Shown: positions 28,789-33,993 of the stretch, piece after piece
How the letters are laid out: each line of letters starts with the position of its first letter
How positions within the stretch are numbered: the stretch's first letter is position 1
DNA from: Elainellaceae cyanobacterium
GTDB lineage: Bacteria > Cyanobacteriota > Cyanobacteriia > CAZCXK01
Length of the DNA: 33,993 nucleotides
NCBI GenBank assembly: GCA_051117555.1
Contig: JBNPEG010000170.1
Span: forward strand, 1-33,993
Reading direction: 5' to 3'
Translations under genes and position numbers: made by a program
The notes under the pieces: generated by a model
Told to the model about the DNA's origin: nothing
Databases searched by the model: none
Seen by the model: the letters and a program-made list of their open reading frames with translations, nothing else

Positions 28789-29895
28789 TTATTTTCGGGT
28801 GTGTTGTCTGCGGCGACCCTCACGGAGGGCCTGAATCGCAAGCACGATTAGCGTCAAAAACGTGATTGGGACGACAAAGACCAGCATGACAACGCCAAAT
28901 TCATCCAATGCGTCGTGTTCAGTGGCCTTAAAGAAAAGATAGAGGGTGTAGGCAACATAGTAAGCCAAAAATAGGATGCCTTCTTGGCGAAGAATCCTAA
29001 ACCCCGTAAAAAAAATTGGCAGGCACGCGGCAGCAACCGCAATCATAATCGGGATATCGAAGCGAAGGGCCGAATTGGCAACTGGGACTCCATTCGGGGC
29101 GATCGCTCCACAGACCCCAACGACAAGCAAAATATTGAAAATATTGCTGCCAATCGCATTGCCCACAGCGAGATCTCGTTCGCCCTTGAGGCAGGCCATC
29201 ACTGAGGTAGCAATTTCAGGCAGCGATGTCCCGATGGCAACGATAGTGAGCCCGATGACGAGTTCGCTGACACCGAATAATTTGGCAATTGTGATTGCCC
29301 CGTTGACCATCCACTGCGAACCAATCACGAGCATGATTAGACCGATAACAACTAGCCCCAATGACGCTCCAATTGTGATAAGCTGCCCCCGTCTCTGATC
29401 GAGATCAAACGGTTGAGGCACGTCATCGGATGCAGTTTGGCTGTCTTTACGAGCCTGATAGACTGTGAATGCGGTATAAGCCAGTGCTCCGAATAAAAGC
29501 AGAAACCCATCTGAACGATCGACGGTGCCGTCTAAGCCTAAGATCAGCAGCAGAATAGAGATGCCAATCATGAGAGGGACATCAAGCCGTACAAGCTGCT
29601 GTGAAACAAACAGAGGCACGATTGTTGCAGAAATGCCCAAAATGAGCAAAATATTGGCAATGTTGCTGCCGACAATATTTCCAATCGCTAGGTCGGCATT
29701 TCCTGCCAAGGTTGCCCGCACCGTTACCGCTAATTCTGGGGAACTTGTGCCGTAGGCAACAATTGTTAGTCCAATGACCAGGGTTGGAATCCCTGCCATT
29801 ATTGACAATTGGGATGCACCACGTACTAATATCTCTGCACCTCCAACCAGCAACACAAATCCGCAGATGAATAAAAATATCGTGATTGCATCCAT
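28789..29895 (-). CDS. Calcium/sodium antiporter (CaCA, YrbG family)
   Basis: Alpha repeats GTSSPEL...GNIVGSNIAN and GTSLPEI...GNAIGSNIFN. Confidence 0.93.
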   Translation of the reverse strand: MDAITIFLFICGFVLLVGGAEILVRGASQLSIMAGIPTLVIGLTIVAYGTSSPELAVTVRATLAGNADLAIGNIVGSNIANILLILGISATIVPLFVSQQLVRLDVPLMIGISILLLILGLDGTVDRSDGFLLLFGALAYTAFTVYQARKDSQTASDDVPQPFDLDQRRGQLITIGASLGLVVIGLIMLVIGSQWMVNGAITIAKLFGVSELVIGLTIVAIGTSLPEIATSVMACLKGERDLAVGNAIGSNIFNILLVVGVCGAIAPNGVPVANSALRFDIPIMIAVAAACLPIFFTGFRILRQEGILFLAYYVAYTLYLFFKATEHDALDEFGVVMLVFVVPITFLTLIVLAIQALREGRRRQHTRK

Positions 29896-30104
29896 TCGCT
29901 GTTATTTAATCCGTTTTAGAGAGCGGGCAGTTGTGCCGATTTTCTCATAGGGCGATCGCTCTGATCGAATCCGGTCGTTTGGGGAACGATTAGGATAAGA
30001 TTATTACGGTTCGGTTACACGTTTGACATCAAAATTCAAGGAAAGAAATCTTAAAACTGTTTCTTCCTAGCCTTAGATCCTGCATTCAGTTTGGAACCCT
30101 TACC

Positions 30105-31898
30105 ATGACACTCCCGATTCGCAACGTCGCTATCATTGCTCACGTTGACCACGGTAAAACAACTCTTGTTGATGCGCTACTCAAACAATCCGGCACGTTT
30201 CGGGAGGGCGAAGATGTTCCCGACTGTGTAATGGACTCTAACACCTTAGAGCGAGAGCGAGGCATCACGATCCTGTCGAAAAACACAGCCGTTCACTATA
30301 AAGATACGCTCATTAATATCGTAGATACCCCTGGACACGCAGACTTTGGTGGCGAAGTCGAGCGGGTATTAGGCATGGTTGATGGCTGTATTCTCATCGT
30401 AGATGCCAACGAAGGCCCGATGCCCCAAACCCGATTTGTGCTAAAAAAAGCCCTCGAGAAAGGGTTGCGCCCCATCGTGGTTGTCAACAAAATCGATCGT
30501 CCCCAAGCCGATCCGTATGGGGCCATTGATAAAGTACTCGACCTGTTCATCGAGCTAGGAGCAGATGATGACCAGTGCGAATTTCCCTATCTATTTGCAT
30601 CGGGGCTTCAGGGCTATGCCAAAGACGACTTAGACGCTGAAGGCGTTGATATGCAGCCGCTATTTGAAGCTGTTCTGCACCATGTTCCACCCCCTGTAGG
30701 CGATCCTGACAAGCCTTTGCAGCTTCAGGTGACAACGCTTGACTATTCAGAATATCTGGGGCGGATTGTGATTGGCAGAATTCACAATGGCAGCATCACA
30801 ATGGGACAGCACGCTGCGTTGGTTAAAGATACTGGCGATATTGTGAAAGCCAAAATCACTAAGCTGCTTGGGTTTGAAGGGCTGAAGCGCGTTGATTTGG
30901 ATGAAGCGTCAGCGGGCAATATCGTCGCAGTCGCAGGCTTTTCCGATGCCAACATCGGGGAGACAATCACGTGCCCTGATGAGCCCCGAGCCTTGCCGCT
31001 GATTCATGTGGATGAACCAACGTTGCAGATGACCTTCTGCGTCAATGATTCACCATTTGCGGGTCAAGAGGGCGACTACGTGACCTCTCGTCAACTGCGC
31101 GATCGCCTCTACCGTGAGCTTGAAACGAATGTAGCACTGCGGGTTGAAGAAACAGATTCTCCCGATCGCTTTGCAGTGTCAGGGCGAGGTGAACTGCATC
31201 TCGGTATTCTCATCGAAACCATGCGTCGAGAAGGCTATGAGTTTCAGGTCTCCCAGCCTCAGGTGATTTATCGAGAGGTCAATGGTCAACCCTGCGAACC
31301 CTACGAACTCTTGGTTCTCGACGTGCCTGACGAGGGTGTCGGAGGCTGCATCGAGCGATTGGGGCAGCGCCGGGGCGAGATGCAAAACATGATGACGGGT
31401 GGCAATGGTCGAACCCAGCTAGAGTTTGTGATTCCGGCTCGTGGGCTGATTGGGTTCCGGGGCGAGTTTATGCGCCTGACACGAGGTGACGGCATCATGA
31501 ACCATAGTTTCTTAGACTATCGCCCGCTATGCGGAGACGTAGAAACTCGCCGCAATGGGGTTTTAATCTCATTTGAAGAAGGCGTCGCAACTTTTTATGC
31601 CCTCAAAAATGCAGAAAATCGAGGCGTGTTCTTTATTACACCGGGTACGAAAGTTTATAAGGGCATGATCGTGGGTGAGCACAACCGCCCGCAAGACCTG
31701 GACTTGAATGTGTGTAAGACAAAGCAGTTAACCAATCATCGTGCCTCTAGCGGTGAAGAACTCGTCCAATTGCAGTCTCCCGCTGAAATGAGTTTGGAGC
31801 GGGGATTGGAATACATCGGTACTGATGAGCTGCTTGAGGTAACGCCCGAATCGATTCGCCTGCGTAAGATGTCGTCTAAAAAGCTTGCAAAGCGGTAG
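30105..31898 (+). CDS. typA: Translational GTPase TypA/BipA
   Basis: [70 protein letters not shown]. Confidence 0.97.
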   Translation: MTLPIRNVAIIAHVDHGKTTLVDALLKQSGTFREGEDVPDCVMDSNTLERERGITILSKNTAVHYKDTLINIVDTPGHADFGGEVERVLGMVDGCILIVDANEGPMPQTRFVLKKALEKGLRPIVVVNKIDRPQADPYGAIDKVLDLFIELGADDDQCEFPYLFASGLQGYAKDDLDAEGVDMQPLFEAVLHHVPPPVGDPDKPLQLQVTTLDYSEYLGRIVIGRIHNGSITMGQHAALVKDTGDIVKAKITKLLGFEGLKRVDLDEASAGNIVAVAGFSDANIGETITCPDEPRALPLIHVDEPTLQMTFCVNDSPFAGQEGDYVTSRQLRDRLYRELETNVALRVEETDSPDRFAVSGRGELHLGILIETMRREGYEFQVSQPQVIYREVNGQPCEPYELLVLDVPDEGVGGCIERLGQRRGEMQNMMTGGNGRTQLEFVIPARGLIGFRGEFMRLTRGDGIMNHSFLDYRPLCGDVETRRNGVLISFEEGVATFYALKNAENRGVFFITPGTKVYKGMIVGEHNRPQDLDLNVCKTKQLTNHRASSGEELVQLQSPAEMSLERGLEYIGTDELLEVTPESIRLRKMSSKKLAKR

Positions 31899-31936
31899 CT
31901 TAGTGCAATAGCGGTAGCTTAGTGCAATAGATGGCT

Positions 31937-31981
31937 AAGGGGTGATTACTAGAAATGGCGATCGCCCCTTTCACATTTTTT
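31937..31981 (+). terminator. Hairpin after typA (GAAA loop), probable terminator
   Basis: AAGGGGTGATTACTA-GAAA-TGGCGATCGCCCCTT followed by TCACATTTTTT. Confidence 0.55.
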
Positions 31982-32121
31982 GCAAGAAAAAACGGCAGGT
32001 GGCGACCTACCGCAGTCATGGGGTATGAATCATGGCGTATTTCTATTGTGAGTTTTAATCCTCGATTCAACGATAAAGAGTCCGTAAATACCCGTAAAAC
32101 TTTAGTAAGTTTGAAAGGAAA

Positions 32122-32198
32122 TATAGCGTTAAGTACGGTGGTGTGGGGCGCGCCGCATCCCACACCACCGTTTCTGTACTTGATGCGCAAATTGCTAT
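32122..32198. mobile_element. TATAGC-ended composite mini-element, copy C
   Basis: Reverse complement ATAGCAATTTGCGCATCAAGTAC-AGAAACGGTGGTGTGGGATGCGGCGCGCCCCACACCACC-GTACTTAACGCTATA. Confidence 0.7.
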
Positions 32199-32571
32199 TG
32201 AAACTGCTGCTATACAGTCGAAACCCGCCAGCCTCTGATCTTTTGTCAGTTCTTTTGTCAGTCAATCAGATCTATGCCTGTCTATGAGACAAACACGATG
32301 GTCCGAATAAAAGGCTTTCAAGAAAACTTCGTCGCCCAGCGTGTCTTATACCCACTAGCCGATGCCATTGCATGAAATTATGCGGCACGTTGAAAGAGCG
32401 TTCTCAGTGTAGAAGAAAATTATTTTGTCAAGCACTGCCGTAATCTTCAAACTCTCTATCGCTAGACAGATATTTGTTTGCAGCTCAAAACTCTTCCAAT
32501 TGAACCAGTTACAAATATTTAGTTTTTGTTATATTTCTTATTAGAGCAGCAAATCACTACATTCCCGTATT

Positions 32572-33123
32572 ATGAATACCTCTTGGTACCTCAAATCATT
32601 GTTAACCGTTTTTCGATCCAATTTCTCACCCAATTATCCCTCACAAATCGTGTGGACTGTGCTGCGCGTCGTAGTTGGGTTGGTCATGATTCATAATGGA
32701 CTTGATAAATTAGGAAACATCGAAGGGTTTGCCCAAGCGTACGTTTCCGTTATCGGACTACCATTTCCTATTTTCTTTAGCTACTGCGCGGCGTTTGCAG
32801 AGCTAATCGGTGCTCCCCTGTTGGCGTTAGGGTTATTGACTCGGCCTGCAGCAGCAGCGCTGTTGTCAACCATGTCAGTCGCAATCTACCACCACGTTTT
32901 GGTTGCAGGCTTTAGTATTCCATATCTTGAGCTTTCGTCCATTTATGCAGCGTGTTTCTTGTTCTTCTTGATCAATGGACCTGGATTATTTTCTGCTGAT
33001 GCCCTGATTGGGTCATGGCTGAGTGCGATCGCCAGCAGAGTGCGCGAGGGCAAATTTCAAGCTATTGAGTCAGCCTATAGCAACGCATCATCTGACTCTA
33101 GAGAGTCGGCTGACATCTCATAA
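32572..33123 (+). CDS. DoxX family membrane protein
   Basis: LRVVVG..MIHNGLDKL, AELIG..LL.LGLLTR.AA, GPG.FS.D. Confidence 0.88.
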   Translation: MNTSWYLKSLLTVFRSNFSPNYPSQIVWTVLRVVVGLVMIHNGLDKLGNIEGFAQAYVSVIGLPFPIFFSYCAAFAELIGAPLLALGLLTRPAAAALLSTMSVAIYHHVLVAGFSIPYLELSSIYAACFLFFLINGPGLFSADALIGSWLSAIASRVREGKFQAIESAYSNASSDSRESADIS

Positions 33124-33221
33124 GAATGATAGATATGGAAGGATGGGATTGACCTATCTCAGAAAAATCTCATCCAATGATTCCGTTCGATTAGTTTTCA
33201 GTTAGTTTTCAGGAGGATACT

Positions 33222-33641
33222 GTGAAATTCTCAAATCCAATTTTCCAGCGTTTGTCACTAGCAGCATGTGCTATCTTTTTGGTGATCGGAAGCTTTTTGA
33301 CGTCCGCGTCTCCGGCCTTGGCAGAAACCTTTACTGTCAAAATGGGATCAGATAGTAGCCGGCTCGTGTTTGTTCCAGACACAGTGACGGTGCATCCTGG
33401 GGATACCGTTAAGTGGATGAATAATAAAGTCCCACCTCACAATGTCGTATTTGACACCAGTCGAATTCCAACTAAGAGTGCTGACCTTGCCAAACAGCTT
33501 TCCCATAAAGGTCTAGTATTCGCGCCAGGCGATACGGTCGAAACAACCTTTTCACAAGACATACCTGTGGGAGAATACAACTATTATTGTGAGCCTCACC
33601 GAGGCGCTGGCATGGCTGGTAAAGTTATTGTCCAAGAATAA
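33222..33641 (+). CDS. petE: Plastocyanin precursor
   Basis: Signal peptide ending [32 protein letters not shown] (His/Cys/His/Met Cu ligands); AGGAGG RBS, GTG start. Confidence 0.97.
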   Translation: MKFSNPIFQRLSLAACAIFLVIGSFLTSASPALAETFTVKMGSDSSRLVFVPDTVTVHPGDTVKWMNNKVPPHNVVFDTSRIPTKSADLAKQLSHKGLVFAPGDTVETTFSQDIPVGEYNYYCEPHRGAGMAGKVIVQE

Positions 33642-33658
33642 TACGCAACTATTACGTC

Positions 33659-33689
33659 AAAGGGGTGAGTCGAGTCACCCCTTTTGTTT
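33659..33689 (+). terminator. Intrinsic terminator of petE
   Basis: AAAGGGGTGA-GTCGAG/T-TCACCCCTTT followed by TGTTT. Confidence 0.8.
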
Positions 33690-33695
33690 CTATTG

Positions 33696-33993
33696 GTAAC
33701 TACTCAGATTTAAGTTTTAAGGATATTTCCAAGGGTATGATAATAAGCCTATAGATATGAAAGTCGAGCGTGAAATGAGGCAAGAGGGAATGAGCCAGCC
33801 AGCTCCTTCAAAGTCAATTAGCCGGCTATAGTTTGGGGAATTCACGCTCAGGGAGATAACGCGGTCATTGCGTTGGTTGAGGGATTGCTGGAGCGCACTG
33901 AACAGACAGAAACCCGGCTTGAGGCATTAGAGAATCAGCGTAATACGGATAGTCGAAACAGTAGTAAGCCACCATCGGGAGATGGGTTTGGTA
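33696..33993 (+). mobile_element. Left end of IS66-family element, truncated by window edge
   Basis: Begins GTAACTACTCAG (IS66 ends start with GTAA), followed by the transposase N-terminus. Confidence 0.75.
33790..33993 (+). pseudogene. Frameshifted IS66 transposase N-terminus (DUF6444-type region)
   Basis: MSQPAPSKSISRL* then a different frame IHAQGDNAVIALVEGLLERTEQTETRLEALENQRNTDSRNSSKP, then a further shift to PSGDGFG. Confidence 0.75.

Noticed and set aside
28742..28834. 30-codon ORF after AGGAG in the candidate sRNA
   Set aside because: RBS spacing is too long, and the ORF reads through the terminator into the antisense of the antiporter gene.
31900..32287. ORFs 31900-32265 (-) and 31955-32287 (+)
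   Set aside because: Both run through a terminator, a repeat element and tandem dimers; composition is not protein-like.

Overview
Chromosomal window from a cyanobacterium. Evidence: roughly 40 hand-counted HIP1 GCGATCGC octamers plus chlL/chlN, petE and hetZ-patU. It is probably a filamentous, non-heterocystous lineage (inference from ~50% GC and an unsplit patU). Most genes are housekeeping or photosynthesis-related: glgX, chlL-DUF5331-chlN, a CSP41b homologue, an NhaS3-type antiporter, sds, hetZ-patU, a NIL-domain ferredoxin, txlA, a TonB protein, a YrbG-type antiporter, typA, DoxX and petE. The window ends in a frameshifted IS66 remnant. The unusual content is mostly non-coding: (1) a 13.5-unit 21-bp tandem array with two alternating alleles, directly upstream of a small basic helical protein of unknown function; (2) a family of TATAGC-ended composite mini-elements whose GTAC-bounded core and hairpin loop occur in different orientations; (3) GTAG-REP doublets, either enclosed by TIRs or carrying micro-insertions; (4) an ORF-less plus-strand unit with its own terminator (candidate sRNA); (5) a large dyad in the hetZ divergent promoter; (6) an RpaB/HLR1 box before sds; and (7) many short tandem dimers, several spanning stop codons. 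Family assignments come from motif recognition only; no searches were run.
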